In this document: one piece after another, positions 1 to 11,540 of the stretch
Layout: the number at the start of each line of letters is the position of its first letter
How positions within the stretch are numbered: the stretch's first letter is position 1
Source of the DNA: a phage
DNA: 64,000 nt
Assembly: GCA_036253495.1 (NCBI GenBank)
Contig: GCA_036253495.1_4125.1
Reading direction: 5' to 3' (one strand)
Made by a program: the position numbers and the translations under genes
The notes under the pieces: model-generated
The model's database searches: none
Seen by the model: the letters and a program-made list of their open reading frames with translations, nothing else
Told to the model about the DNA's origin: nothing

Positions 1-3000
1 CACTTGGTAGTGAACCAATCTTTTCCCAACGTTGGGTTACGTCATTAAATTGTGCATATTCTAAATCCCAAATGTCTTTTTCAGTCTTAACCCACACACC
101 ATCAACTAAAATATAGCCATCTGGGTCAAGGTCATTACTGATACCATTAATCAAATCATCATCAGAAGTTTTCTGTTCTATTTGAGAACGGATTTTGGTT
201 CTGTATGGTTTAACTTCTTCGAAGTACTCAACAATTTGATTAATCAAGTTGTCATTTGAGTAGTTTTGTACGAGAGATTGTTCTAAACCTACAATATAGA
301 TATATGAGGTTTTGAATACCCAGTCAACAACACTTTGTTCAGTGTGTACGTACTTAACCATATCAAAAACAATATTACTTTGATATAAGTTGAATGTATT
401 TTTCAACAACGCTAACGCATTACGAACGTTAACCTCATGAGAATTCAAAGAACCATCATCATTGTAAACATTGTACCCAGAATATAACATTGAATTCAAT
501 TCAACTGTACTATTCTCACGTCCAATAGCTTTCCAGTATATATTATTACGAGATGCAGTCTTGATGTATAATGTCCAAACACCATCACTATCAGTTACAC
601 GGATAATATCACCAATTTGGTAATTTTTAGTGTTTGCGTCATCTAAACTAACTTCTTGTGTATATTCAGTGTTGCTATCGTATCCAGTATCGTACCAATC
701 AGCCAGATTCCAGTACTGGGTCATATCCAAAGATGTACCAAGTGATTCTATGAAGTCAGCTTGTTTAATCATCTTGTGTTGACCTTCACCTCTATTTTCT
801 AGAGTGATTGTAACAGTACTACCAACTGTACTTGGACTGTTCATCAATTGAATGTATCCATTTGGATCAATGTGAACAAAATATACTGAACTAGAAGATA
901 ATGGTGATGGCAGAGTTCCGATGGAACTTACAAATACTGCATCATTCTCTTTAAAGCGGTTATCTTCTGGTGCAATTACCAATTCATTGTTAAATGATAG
1001 AACACGGAATGTAATATCATTTGGGTTCATTTTTAATGTTTTCACATTAAACACATCATTCATAACAACACTGTTAGTTGTGATGTTCTGTGAACGGTAA
1101 AAGTTATTTGCACTCTCAACAAACGCACGACGAGCTTCAATGACATTCTGGAACCAAGTTTTATTAGAACCTAAACCAGTTTCAACTTTAGGATAAATTA
1201 TTTCATTTACAACACCAGTTGAAGTAGTTTCTTGACCAATTAGTGAGTTCCATAGTGAATTCCAAATATCTGGGTTAAAGTCATAACTATCACCTTCTTT
1301 ACAGAGTTGATATTGATCATGCTTCAGTACTTCGATATTGTCATTTCTATATGAAATTGTCAAAATGCTTGTATCATCATTAACTTCAAATTGCATATTA
1401 CTTAGAATGAAACTATTTTCATTAATAGGTGCAAACCAAGGAACATTCAATTGTGTTGGATCTTGAATAATACGTGCAATATCAGTACAAGACTTACTAC
1501 GAGTAGTCATTGGTGGAACATAAATGGTATTACGAACCCAGAAATAATAACGAACTACATATGTATCAGTGATTGGATCATATTCCATAGATGAACTGTA
1601 GTTCTCATCCATTGCAATCCCACTTGGGAGATACATAGTATTGTTTTTATTTTTATTGGCTTGTTCTGCACAATATTTTTCCCAGTTGTATGGTTCTACT
1701 GGTGAACTAACCCATTCTAGAACATCAATAACACTGTGTGGTAATAATTTACCCCAATTATAACGCTTATATTCATTAGTTGCTTTTACATCAACGTTAC
1801 CATCCTCATCAAAGATTGGACGGGTATAATCCAGATAGAATGCAGTGCTAGTGTTCCACCACACTTTACCTACCTTTTCAGCACCCCATGCTTGTAATAG
1901 TTCACCGTTACTGCTATACTGTGCTGGGTCCACTGGAGAGATGAAATCAACATCTTGCATTGCAACCCCAGGAATAACACCGTTAATTGGGTCAAACACA
2001 TTCAAATACAATGCAGTAATGTTTGTTCTTTCATCATACGTAGTAGGACGGTCAAACAAAGTGCTTTCAGGTGCACTGTAACTATATTTTTTAGCAATAT
2101 ATTCATCGCGTTCTTGTTGAGTACTAAATCTACTAACATAACGATACAAACGTGGTGCTGATTCTACTGTTGAAAAGTCAATAGTAATGGAAGTGTCAAA
2201 TGGCACTACCATAACTTTTGGATCTAGTCCAGAAGTGTAGTATTGGCATTCATCACGTAGGGCATCAGGCATAAAGTTTGTTTCATCAACAAAATAATAA
2301 TAATCACCATCATTGAGTGGGATATCATCAGACAATAGTACTTTACAATATTGCTCAGCATATGGATCTTCACTTTCAATTGGTGTAATAGAAACCATTG
2401 TAATACCAGTATCTACTAAATCATACACATTCCATTCGTTATTGATATCTTGGAACATCCAAACAGATGTTGGGATTTTACCAGAATTATTCATATAACT
2501 AATGCGGTCTTGATTTGCAGTTTCGTAATTTAATGTGGTATAATCAATTTCATCTAGGGTTACTGGTCCAATATTAGGTAATTGGATATTCTCACTTCTC
2601 CCATTACGCATAGGGAATGAGAATTTACCTTTTGGACGACTAATCCAGCGTGAATCTTCACCAATTTCACCATAATATACAATTTCATTCTCAGATTCAA
2701 CCTTATCGGAATAACGGTCAAACGTAATCATTTGTGGTTGTTGTTTAAACTCATTATTAATTAGTTTAAATTGAAGATTTTTAACACCATCAATGTTACC
2801 ATAAGAACCAACACGGAATGCCCATTCTTGTAATGCTTTATACTCATCAGTATTATATGATTTAGATACACGTAATACTTTTTCTAGTACTTGGTTAGTG
2901 CCTTTATCATGAATAAAACCTTTATAGAAATCAATTCGACCAGGCTCATTAGTGATCATACGTTGTAAGTAATCACGAGACTGATAGCCAATTAAGTGGT

Positions 3001-6000
3001 TTGAAAGTTCATTTAATTGAACATCACTAACTGGGGTTTCATTATCATAATAATGTTGGAAATTAGACACCAAAGTTTCAAATGATGGTAATGTCCCAGC
3101 TTCTAGGATGATAAATCCAGGAGCTTGTAAACGTCCAGACCATGAACCAGTGATATATCCATACAATTTAATCAATTCTTGAACTGCACCATAGGTTGGT
3201 TCATAGATATAATCACCGAAAATAGTCTGATCATCAAAAATAACAGCATGTTCATAAGAACTGATACTTAAACGAATAAGTGCCATGCGTTTATTTGATT
3301 CTTCAGTAGTTCTTACCGTGAATATGTTACCAATACGAGATGTTTCAATCTCAAATTGACGTATACCTTGGTTTGAATCATCTAATAATGACCAAACACC
3401 ACCACTATTTTGTGCAATTGACTGAACTGAACCAAAATCTGTACCAAATTTAGCATTAATTGCTGATGGGGTACAAGAAATGAATTCACCAGTACTCAAT
3501 TGTTGTTGACTCCAGATTAAAAAGTCTTTTGCAATTGTATTCCAGTCCTGTTGGATACCAGATTCATCAACTTCTTCAAAAATCCAACCATGTTGCTTTA
3601 GATACTCACCATAACCACAAATAAATGTGTAAACTTCCTGGAAGGTATTCATCAAAGTTCCGTAAGGAATGGATGCATCATTTTTCCACTCATTATAATG
3701 AACAACATTACGATTATCAACTTTCAAAGATACTTTATGACCGTTTTTAACAGGCAATTTATAATTGAATGTTGCAGAGACTAAATCATAACCATCAATT
3801 TGGTAAGCACTACCAGTCCAAGTAATTTTAATTGCACTCATTTGCTCATTTCTAATATTATTAGAACGAACTAAACCGATAGATTGGTTTTCTTGTGAAA
3901 TTAGACCAGTTGCTTCTGATGTAAATGTTAATTGATCAGCTTTAGTGAATCCACCTAGTTTATGACCCACATTAATATGAGAAGAACGAACAATTTCACC
4001 GTACTTAGTTGTAATATTTTTGTTTTGATACATCAAATAATCACTAACAATCATTTGATAACCAATAACGCGAGTACTATTCTCACCATGTACGATTGTA
4101 TCACTATTAAAGTTCAAACGTAAACGAGTATCACCATATAAAAACTGTGGTTCATTACCAGATACAGTTTTTAATGTATTATTTCGGGTATCCCAGAAAT
4201 AGTTTGTGAACTGTGCAGGTTTAGCTTTGAATAACATCAATAATTCATCATATGCAAACATTGCTGTGTTCATATAAGTGAATTCCATATCACCCATATC
4301 ACCATAAGTCCACGGTTCAGCACGATGATTTAGACTACCATATACAAGACCTAAAACTTCAGGAGCAATGTACTCAATGACGCAAATATCAACACCAGAT
4401 GCTGTCTGCTTGCCTGTTTCAGTGATCTTAAATGGTTGTGTACCAAAACGTTTGTACTTGTCATATTGACCTTTACGTGCACCAAACAAGATAGTACCCG
4501 TTGAGCTATCACCTTTCTCGTTACCAACGTCCCATAACCCACTAGGAACCATGTTACCTTGTTCGTTGATAACTAATGCCTCATATACATAAACAACATC
4601 ACCATCACGTTCGCCAACTTGAACTGCGGTAGGTTCATATTCCTGGTTCCACCAAACTGGACGTTGGGAGAAACCAAACATTTCCCACGGATGGGTTGCT
4701 GGGCGATATGTACCAAATTGGTCAGTGTAGATTGCTCGCCATGATCCACGTGCTTCTATTTGTGTTTGTTGACCATTAACCATATAATGTGTTCCAGTAT
4801 AGTTCCAAGTCATCCAGTTATTTGGATCATAATCATGTGAACTGTTACTGATACCATTGGTTGCGATGAAATTAATATAACCACGTAGTAGTAAGTTCTT
4901 TTTCTCTTCGTCATTATACTCTGTATCTCTGAAATACGGAGTTGGGAAAAGATCAGAAGCATCTAGCTTAGGTTGGTAATCTTCATCTTTGAAAATAACA
5001 TCAATACTATTGAAAATTCTATTTTCTAACTCATATATAACGTCATCCATTTTATCAACACCGTTTATTACACGGTATGCTTTAGTGATTGCACCTGTAT
5101 GACTGATGTTATAACAGCTTTGCTTACTACCAGCATTCAAAAATGTTGCTTTTTCTGGAACGTGTGCTTTCAAAATACCCAAAAACTGTGGAGTTGGTGG
5201 TACAAACGCACGAATGAAGCCAGAAGTACTTGCTACGTTATCATAATAGAATGGGAAAGTATTATCATGACCCATATTAATAATTGTTAGAATTTCATCA
5301 ACAATATTAGAAGCATTATTAGCTAAGAAGTTTGCTGGGTTCTCATTGTACAAACGGATCATTTGTGTATTGAACTTGTTTACGAAACGGAAATATTCGG
5401 ATTGCATAAACAATACAGATTCAAATAGGTCAATATCTTCATTTGCAGAATGTGCCATTAACGGTAGCATTGATGCTTCGTTTTGAATAATCTTAGTACC
5501 AACGGAGTTATCCACTAAACCTTTAGACAAACGATCTTCGTAGTCGTTGAAATCATCAACGGAACCACTGGTGATATTCTTTTGAATGATATCTTTAAAA
5601 TGTAATGTAAAATTACTTTGGTTGATATAAAGAATATTATCGTTGTATGGGTTATTTTGTAAATTGATTGGGATTTCATATGCACCCAACTCTTTATTTG
5701 GTACTTCAGTACTGCTGTATGTTCTAATTTGAATCACTGATTCATCTTTAAGAGCTACATCTTCACCTAAAGTGATGCTTTGAACCTTGTTATTATATAC
5801 ATGACGTGTATAATCGGTTACATCAACTCCATCAACTTGAATTTCAATGATTTCGGTACTCTTACCATCAATAATTTTCTGGGCTAATTCAAATGTGCGA
5901 TTGAAACGTTCACTTTGAATACCTTCACCACTAATTACATGCCAATCCATATAGGTTTGACGTTCTTCTTTGTAATATTGATAGGTACGATCCACTTCAG

Positions 6001-7486
6001 TAACATATGCATACATACCTTCTAATGGATTTTTAAAGTTTTCCATTTCGAATACAGTATTGAATACACGATACATATCAGTGTGTTCTATTTGTGGCGT
6101 TTGTTTAACGAATTGCTTTGAATCTTCCTTAGAACGAACCCAATCGGTCTTAAGGTGTAGTTCATTATCTTTACCAACTACATTATAGTAGTACAATCCA
6201 GAAATTTCAGTTTCAACACCCAAATGATCATATGTATAACGAACACTTTGTAGGAAGTTTTCGTACATATAGTAATTATAATTACCTAGTTCGATATTAT
6301 AACCATATACTTTATCAGTGCCGTAATTATAGTTGATTTTAAAACCAAATAGGGATGAACCATCAAAATTACTTGATGGATAAATTGTAGAATCATTTAA
6401 TTTAAAACCATCACGGTCATATAATTGGAATTGTGGGAATACGTTTACACCAGATTTTGTTTGTGCTCTAATCCAGTTAACACCATTCCAGTACATGGAT
6501 GTATTTTTATATACATTACCATCACGCACCAAAATAACATCACCATTATGTGGCTCACCACTTGGGCGGTCATCAGTTTCTTCATCTGGGTCCAATGCTA
6601 GACCATATGTGCGAGAACCATCTTGCATTTTCTTAATAAAAACTTTATAAATGCGGTTGTTTTCACCAACGTTACCTATACTAGTGAAAAGAATACGCAT
6701 ACCATCTTGTGGAATAATCCCGTCAATACGAATACCATCATTTACGTCTTTTTGGACGATATCTTCTGGTTTAATTGTATCAGAGAAAAGATCCACAACA
6801 CCACGGAAATGTGTCCCGTAGTTAATTAATTCGATATTTTTATTGTACTCGATGATTGGTGCTTGTGCACGAATAAAACGAGTATCTTGTGTCATGTCAG
6901 CAGTTAGTACTGTTCCATCTTCTAGTGTTTGACCAATAGTATACCAAAAGTTCTGTAGGGACCATGTGTTTCCGTTATCAGCACCACGTTCCATAACAAT
7001 AAAGTCAGGAGTTGTGATACCATAACTATTTTTACTATCCCACAAATAGGAACTGTAGTTGGTCATTTTGTTTGGGTTAATTGGTGGTGTCCAAGAATAG
7101 AACTTACCAGAAAATAGACGGCTCTCGTTTGAAGTTAACGTGCCGTAGTGTTCCATGTAGCCAACCAAATCATCATAAAATTGAAGCGAACGAATGCTTG
7201 TGTCATCATTACGAGACACATATGCTGTTGATAATTGATATAGCTGACGTTCAACGGTTGCTTCGTCAAGGAAAATCTTAGCAGATGCAGCAGGAGAACC
7301 CATATCACCAATATATCCATCAACGATTTCATTATCCGCTGGATTGAACCATTGTTGAATTACATCATCACTAACCTTTTGAATGTCTTCTAAGCCTTGC
7401 ATCCATTCAGGTAATCTTTTAATGAAAAGCTTCTGTTGTACTGCTTCTGCCGTTTTAGTTGGTAGAAACTTAAAATTATTAGTCAT
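1..7486 (-). CDS. Very large virion structural protein, 3' end beyond window start (>2,495 codons in window); probable baseplate/tail-fibre module component
   Basis: Minus-strand frame has no stop from 7486 down to position 1 (the ORF track shows only short spurious ORFs here). ATG at 7486-7484 preceded by GGAG. N-terminus reads MTNNFKFLPTKTAEAVQQKLFIKRLPEWMQG. Lies after the gp6-like gene in the baseplate block. Function not recognised. Confidence 0.6.
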   Translation of the reverse strand, partial: MTNNFKFLPTKTAEAVQQKLFIKRLPEWMQGLEDIQKVSDDVIQQWFNPADNEIVDGYIGDMGSPAASAKIFLDEATVERQLYQLSTAYVSRNDDTSIRSLQFYDDLVGYMEHYGTLTSNESRLFSGKFYSWTPPINPNKMTNYSSYLWDSKNSYGITTPDFIVMERGADNGNTWSLQNFWYTIGQTLEDGTVLTADMTQDTRFIRAQAPIIEYNKNIELINYGTHFRGVVDLFSDTIKPEDIVQKDVNDGIRIDGIIPQDGMRILFTSIGNVGENNRIYKVFIKKMQDGSRTYGLALDPDEETDDRPSGEPHNGDVILVRDGNVYKNTSMYWNGVNWIRAQTKSGVNVFPQFQLYDRDGFKLNDSTIYPSSNFDGSSLFGFKINYNYGTDKVYGYNIELGNYNYYMYENFLQSVRYTYDHLGVETEISGLYYYNVVGKDNELHLKTDWVRSKEDSKQFVKQTPQIEHTDMYRVFNTVFEMENFKNPLEGMYAYVTEVDRTYQYYKEERQTYMDWHVISGEGIQSERFNRTFELAQKIIDGKSTEIIEIQVDGVDVTDYTRHVYNNKVQSITLGEDVALKDESVIQIRTYSSTEVPNKELGAYEIPINLQNNPYNDNILYINQSNFTLHFKDIIQKNITSGSVDDFNDYEDRLSKGLVDNSVGTKIIQNEASMLPLMAHSANEDIDLFESVLFMQSEYFRFVNKFNTQMIRLYNENPANFLANNASNIVDEILTIINMGHDNTFPFYYDNVASTSGFIRAFVPPTPQFLGILKAHVPEKATFLNAGSKQSCYNISHTGAITKAYRVINGVDKMDDVIYELENRIFNSIDVIFKDEDYQPKLDASDLFPTPYFRDTEYNDEEKKNLLLRGYINFIATNGISNSSHDYDPNNWMTWNYTGTHYMVNGQQTQIEARGSWRAIYTDQFGTYRPATHPWEMFGFSQRPVWWNQEYEPTAVQVGERDGDVVYVYEALVINEQGNMVPSGLWDVGNEKGDSSTGTILFGARKGQYDKYKRFGTQPFKITETGKQTASGVDICVIEYIAPEVLGLVYGSLNHRAEPWTYGDMGDMEFTYMNTAMFAYDELLMLFKAKPAQFTNYFWDTRNNTLKTVSGNEPQFLYGDTRLRLNFNSDTIVHGENSTRVIGYQMIVSDYLMYQNKNITTKYGEIVRSSHINVGHKLGGFTKADQLTFTSEATGLISQENQSIGLVRSNNIRNEQMSAIKITWTGSAYQIDGYDLVSATFNYKLPVKNGHKVSLKVDNRNVVHYNEWKNDASIPYGTLMNTFQEVYTFICGYGEYLKQHGWIFEEVDESGIQQDWNTIAKDFLIWSQQQLSTGEFISCTPSAINAKFGTDFGSVQSIAQNSGGVWSLLDDSNQGIRQFEIETSRIGNIFTVRTTEESNKRMALIRLSISSYEHAVIFDDQTIFGDYIYEPTYGAVQELIKLYGYITGSWSGRLQAPGFIILEAGTLPSFETLVSNFQHYYDNETPVSDVQLNELSNHLIGYQSRDYLQRMITNEPGRIDFYKGFIHDKGTNQVLEKVLRVSKSYNTDEYKALQEWAFRVGSYGNIDGVKNLQFKLINNEFKQQPQMITFDRYSDKVESENEIVYYGEIGEDSRWISRPKGKFSFPMRNGRSENIQLPNIGPVTLDEIDYTTLNYETANQDRISYMNNSGKIPTSVWMFQDINNEWNVYDLVDTGITMVSITPIESEDPYAEQYCKVLLSDDIPLNDGDYYYFVDETNFMPDALRDECQYYTSGLDPKVMVVPFDTSITIDFSTVESAPRLYRYVSRFSTQQERDEYIAKKYSYSAPESTLFDRPTTYDERTNITALYLNVFDPINGVIPGVAMQDVDFISPVDPAQYSSNGELLQAWGAEKVGKVWWNTSTAFYLDYTRPIFDEDGNVDVKATNEYKRYNWGKLLPHSVIDVLEWVSSPVEPYNWEKYCAEQANKNKNNTMYLPSGIAMDENYSSSMEYDPITDTYVVRYYFWVRNTIYVPPMTTRSKSCTDIARIIQDPTQLNVPWFAPINENSFILSNMQFEVNDDTSILTISYRNDNIEVLKHDQYQLCKEGDSYDFNPDIWNSLWNSLIGQETTSTGVVNEIIYPKVETGLGSNKTWFQNVIEARRAFVESANNFYRSQNITTNSVVMNDVFNVKTLKMNPNDITFRVLSFNNELVIAPEDNRFKENDAVFVSSIGTLPSPLSSSSVYFVHIDPNGYIQLMNSPSTVGSTVTITLENRGEGQHKMIKQADFIESLGTSLDMTQYWNLADWYDTGYDSNTEYTQEVSLDDANTKNYQIGDIIRVTDSDGVWTLYIKTASRNNIYWKAIGRENSTVELNSMLYSGYNVYNDDGSLNSHEVNVRNALALLKNTFNLYQSNIVFDMVKYVHTEQSVVDWVFKTSYIYIVGLEQSLVQNYSNDNLINQIVEYFEEVKPYRTKIRSQIEQKTSDDDLINGISNDLDPDGYILVDGVWVKTEKDIWDLEYAQFNDVTQRWEKIGSLPS

Positions 7487-7532
7487 GTATAGGACTCCAT
7501 AAATTCGTTCATTCATTTGATTTATTTATGCT

Positions 7533-7558
7533 ATAAAAAAGGCGACCCGAAGGCCGCC
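7533..7558 (-). terminator. Intrinsic terminator downstream of gp6-like gene
   Basis: GC-rich hairpin ggcggcc-UUCG-ggtcgcc (minus-strand sense, one mismatch) followed by U-run (plus-strand A-run 7535-7540). Confidence 0.55.
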
Positions 7559-7567
7559 ACGATTTTA

Positions 7568-10500
7568 TTAAAAACCAATATTAATATTACTTTTAGCTAG
7601 AGAGTTAACGATTTGTACGTTATCAACGGTAGCAGTACTAATGAATATTTGGTCAGGTCTAGAAGGTATCTCAAACAATGAACCAAACTTAGAATTAGGG
7701 TTTTGAGCTACAATTACAACAGTACTAATGTGTCTACCAAGTTGGGTATGAAGGTACGTACACAAATCAGTATAATAGAAACTTTCACCAAAATCCCAGT
7801 TCTCAACTGCAAAGTACTGGTTAGTTAATGAAACAATATTTTGACGAATTTCATCATCACTCATTGTACTATTAGGTAATTTCACTACTTTGAAATCAGC
7901 TTTATAATCCGGTGCTGCACTATTACCAAATAAAGGCAAATATTCAGCACTGTGCCATATCAAACTATCACTAATTACAGTTTTCTTCTCAACATCCTTG
8001 AAGATATCTTGTAATTCAACCGATGTTGGTGGTTTAGGCATATCACCTTTAGCACCATTCTTCAACCAAATATCAACTTCTGTCTTATATGAGTTTGTTA
8101 AAACATACATATCAATTAAGTTGGTTCTGCTTGGGTCGATTCGATTATCATCTGGTGCATAATGCTTCCAGTGGAAGTTAATAGACGTTCTAGCATTAGT
8201 TTTTATAGTAAGTTCAGATGTAATATCCTTATAACCATAATAATTAAGCTTTTTATTAGCGTCAACACTTGTACCCATGTTTTTAATACAACGATAGAAA
8301 GCAGTTTCTGGAGTAGCCGCACTTGGGTCTGTAACTTCAGTCATGTTCTGAATTAGAACACCCAAACGGTCATTGTTATTACCAACTGTTTGTTCGATGA
8401 AGTAATATTGCCCTTCGTATTGGAATGCAATAATAAAACCAGTACCTTTACTATATAGTTCACTTAGTGTAGTTGAGCGAATTTCATTATTACGAATGAA
8501 TTCTTGTCTCTTGTACGCATTAGTTTCCGCTAATGCCTGATCCATTGTGTAATTCCATGTTGAATCCATGATAGTGAATGATGAATTTGGTAATGTCAAT
8601 GAAGAAATAGTAAAATCTTCATTTTGTTGAAATACCAATATACCACCATATTTTCTAGAATCTTCACCTGTCCAATCAGGAACAATAGATTGGAATTGGT
8701 TAGGATTTAATGGAATACCATTACTATCCATACTTTCTGATGTAATTACAACTCTTGAACCATCCAAATAACCATTTTCTTGTTTTATTGTATCCAGAAT
8801 CTGGAAATCAATGTTATTGGTTAGACCCACGTTACTAGTACTGGTAGAGTTTGATGAAAGAATCTCAATTTTATCACTTTGCACTGAACCAGAACTAATA
8901 TCAGTGATTTTCTTAGAGCTTACAAAGTAAAAACGAACTTTTTCTCCACCAACAAATACATACTCAACACCATTGGAATCAAATTCCCATGTTTCAGCAG
9001 TGTATTGGATGTTAACCATCACCTGTACTAACGAACCATTGTATGTTATAGTATCACTAGTGGTTGTCATTTCCAAAGGAACCCATGTAGTGGATACAAT
9101 ATCATAAATTAGAATAAAGTTAGTTTTCTTATCTAACATTGCAGCAATATTTTGTACTTCAACTGTGTTGAAACGAGTTCTATATGGGCTAATGTACTCC
9201 TGAATCTGCATAGAGGAAGAAATAGGCGTACTTAGAACATAAAAACCGTTAGGTAACACGCTAACAATACTAGCCCATACGATATTATTTGAACTACTAC
9301 CGAATTTAATTAATGTACCAACTTTATAATCACCATAAATTGTACCAGTTGCCCCAATAATACGACCATATGTATTAGTTGCATAGCTTGAACTATATGA
9401 TGGAACCCAGTTTTGTTGTAATTCAACACGTACTGTATTCTGCGGATATGCTTGATACTTCTGAATAACAGCATTTTCACCAATTAATGGTTGTATATCA
9501 TCGATAACAATACTAGAATTAGATTTAGTACTTGGTAAATTAACAGATTTATTGTATTTGGTGACATTTTTGTACATTGCACCATCATCACTAAACACAT
9601 CAGTGTTTTGATACTTACCAGTTGGGTCATTTATGTCAATAAATCGTGATTGTCCACTGTAAATTCGGTTAATCGCTTTAGATTTCAGTACTGCATTACC
9701 TTGACTCAACGGAGCAATGTTATAATCTTCACCATTCACAAAACGGTTTTGTGTATAATACATTTGTGGTGCACGAGCTTTAATTTGTTCAAGGGTTTCT
9801 GCACTTTGTGCACGGTCTGATTCAAATTGTAAACTAAATTTAATATCTAATGTACTATTCTCATAGTTAGATTGTGATTTAGTTCTGTAAATGTACTTAA
9901 CACTTTTGTTTTGAATGTCAGCAGTTTTGATGTTGTATGTTTCGCCATTACTAACACGATACCAAACGCGATATGTACCACGTGGAACAACACCACTACG
10001 TGAATCAGGGAACTTAATACTGATTTGGTCACGATCACGAGTAGTTACCGCATAAATTGTTTTAAGTTGGCGTGTTACAGTGTTATATGCGATACTTTCC
10101 ATCGATGGAACCTTAGTCCATTTAGTACGAACTATACCATCTTCAGTGATTTCCTGTACCCATACGTCAGTTTCGTTAATATTGTCTACGTTTATATCCT
10201 GAATACGGTTTTCTTGTCTTACATCGTATTGGAAATCTTGATATTGTAATGTTCCTTGAATAAAATAAACAAAGAATCCAGTATTAGGTGAACTAAAACC
10301 ATTACCATCATTCTGATACACAATATATTTCTGTTCTTGTGGCTCAGGGTGTCTTTCATCAACACCAATAACGTTAATATCTGGGTTTACGACTTCAAAT
10401 GTCATCGATTCACCATTTACTGTTGCGGTGAATGGTAAATTAGGTGCAGACATAGGTAAAGTGTTCATTCTATACAAATGACGAGACACACCATTAATAT

Positions 10501-11032
10501 CTAAACGTTTTACTGGATTACCAAACTGGTTAGTACTGACAAATGCACTATTCATCACCAGAATAAAGTTTTCATACCAGTTAGAGTCCATTGGGTCATT
10601 CCAACGGATAATTTTATCTTTAAGAGATTCGTTATAGCTGTTGCGAACGTCTTGGTTAGTTTTAATTTCAGTTAGTTTTGCTGTTGCTCGCCCTGGATAT
10701 GCACGACGAGGTGAATATGAGATCATTTTAGCTAATTTAAGTACAGATGCACGACGACTAGCAGTATCTAGGAAGTTTTCACGCGTGTTTAAATCCATAC
10801 GAAATGCTAAGTTTTGTCCAAGCATCGCAATGGTATCTAAAATGAAGATAAACTGGTCATTCTCAATCCAGTCATTGAATGAATCAGGATATGTTTGACG
10901 CAAATAATCAATCATACTTTGACGTATAGTATCGAAGTCATAAGCCGTCAGATTTATTTTATAGAAACTTTCATATACCTGGGTCCAGTCTTCCCCCGCG
11001 TATAAATTAGATTGTCTTTTTTGTTGTGACAT
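7568..11032 (-). CDS. Baseplate wedge protein, gp6-like (1154 aa)
   Basis: ORF with ATG and AAGGA RBS. N-terminal region (…LDYDF…, …TASRRASVLKLAKMISYSP…) resembles T4 gp6/baseplate J family from memory. Sits next to gp25-like gene as in canonical contractile-tail baseplate order. Confidence 0.55.
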   Translation of the reverse strand: MSQQKRQSNLYAGEDWTQVYESFYKINLTAYDFDTIRQSMIDYLRQTYPDSFNDWIENDQFIFILDTIAMLGQNLAFRMDLNTRENFLDTASRRASVLKLAKMISYSPRRAYPGRATAKLTEIKTNQDVRNSYNESLKDKIIRWNDPMDSNWYENFILVMNSAFVSTNQFGNPVKRLDINGVSRHLYRMNTLPMSAPNLPFTATVNGESMTFEVVNPDINVIGVDERHPEPQEQKYIVYQNDGNGFSSPNTGFFVYFIQGTLQYQDFQYDVRQENRIQDINVDNINETDVWVQEITEDGIVRTKWTKVPSMESIAYNTVTRQLKTIYAVTTRDRDQISIKFPDSRSGVVPRGTYRVWYRVSNGETYNIKTADIQNKSVKYIYRTKSQSNYENSTLDIKFSLQFESDRAQSAETLEQIKARAPQMYYTQNRFVNGEDYNIAPLSQGNAVLKSKAINRIYSGQSRFIDINDPTGKYQNTDVFSDDGAMYKNVTKYNKSVNLPSTKSNSSIVIDDIQPLIGENAVIQKYQAYPQNTVRVELQQNWVPSYSSSYATNTYGRIIGATGTIYGDYKVGTLIKFGSSSNNIVWASIVSVLPNGFYVLSTPISSSMQIQEYISPYRTRFNTVEVQNIAAMLDKKTNFILIYDIVSTTWVPLEMTTTSDTITYNGSLVQVMVNIQYTAETWEFDSNGVEYVFVGGEKVRFYFVSSKKITDISSGSVQSDKIEILSSNSTSTSNVGLTNNIDFQILDTIKQENGYLDGSRVVITSESMDSNGIPLNPNQFQSIVPDWTGEDSRKYGGILVFQQNEDFTISSLTLPNSSFTIMDSTWNYTMDQALAETNAYKRQEFIRNNEIRSTTLSELYSKGTGFIIAFQYEGQYYFIEQTVGNNNDRLGVLIQNMTEVTDPSAATPETAFYRCIKNMGTSVDANKKLNYYGYKDITSELTIKTNARTSINFHWKHYAPDDNRIDPSRTNLIDMYVLTNSYKTEVDIWLKNGAKGDMPKPPTSVELQDIFKDVEKKTVISDSLIWHSAEYLPLFGNSAAPDYKADFKVVKLPNSTMSDDEIRQNIVSLTNQYFAVENWDFGESFYYTDLCTYLHTQLGRHISTVVIVAQNPNSKFGSLFEIPSRPDQIFISTATVDNVQIVNSLAKSNINIGF

Positions 11033-11095
11033 TTATTAATCCTTTAAGCCAATAAAGTACTGGGTCAGTACTGAAATTTTATATAGAAATATTTA

Positions 11096-11124
11096 TCCAA
11101 AAGAAAAGCACTCCGAAGAGTGCT
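11096..11124 (-). terminator. Intrinsic terminator downstream of gp25-like gene
   Basis: Perfect 7-bp stem agcactc/gagtgct with C(UUCG)G tetraloop on minus strand, followed by U-run. Confidence 0.65.
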
Positions 11125-11131
11125 TAGTAAA

Positions 11132-11527
11132 TTATAATTTAGATGTTGTGAATGTCGCCATTCTATTATTACTTCTGGCATCAAACACTATAGTTAGTTG
11201 TTCTAATTTATCAAGCATTACATACTCTAAAATTATATCCAAACGATAACCATATTCAACATTACTAACTGTTAGATTTTTTAAATTCAAACGTGGGTCT
11301 AATGAAATAATTCTACGAGCGTCAGCTTCTAAAAGATTTTTTGTATTATAACCATCAAGTTCAAAAATCAAATCCCAAGCAATGAAACCATAATCAGCAT
11401 CAAATGCTCTTTCACCTTTCTTTGTATTGAAGTGGTTCATCAAATCCTGTCTCACCAACTCAGCATCATACAGAGTTTGTGTTTTACCCACAACAGGAGT
11501 AGAGAAACCTTTAAAAACTATTGCCAT
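11132..11527 (-). CDS. Baseplate wedge protein, gp25-like (GPW/gp25 family)
   Basis: 131 aa. Motif KGERAFDADYGFIAWDLIFE matches T4 gp25 KGSRPFDPEFGCDLSDQLFE. GAGGA RBS. Confidence 0.7.
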   Translation of the reverse strand: MAIVFKGFSTPVVGKTQTLYDAELVRQDLMNHFNTKKGERAFDADYGFIAWDLIFELDGYNTKNLLEADARRIISLDPRLNLKNLTVSNVEYGYRLDIILEYVMLDKLEQLTIVFDARSNNRMATFTTSKL

Positions 11528-11540
11528 AGACTTTCCTCAT

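Noticed and set aside
1845-7332. Short plus- and minus-strand ORFs from the track inside the first 7.5 kb (e.g. 1845..2081, 2313..2498, 5099..5290, 6623..6829, 4351..4542, 7135..7332)
   Set aside because: All lie inside the giant uninterrupted minus-strand ORF in other frames; 60-85 codons with no RBS context. Treated as frame-shadow ORFs.
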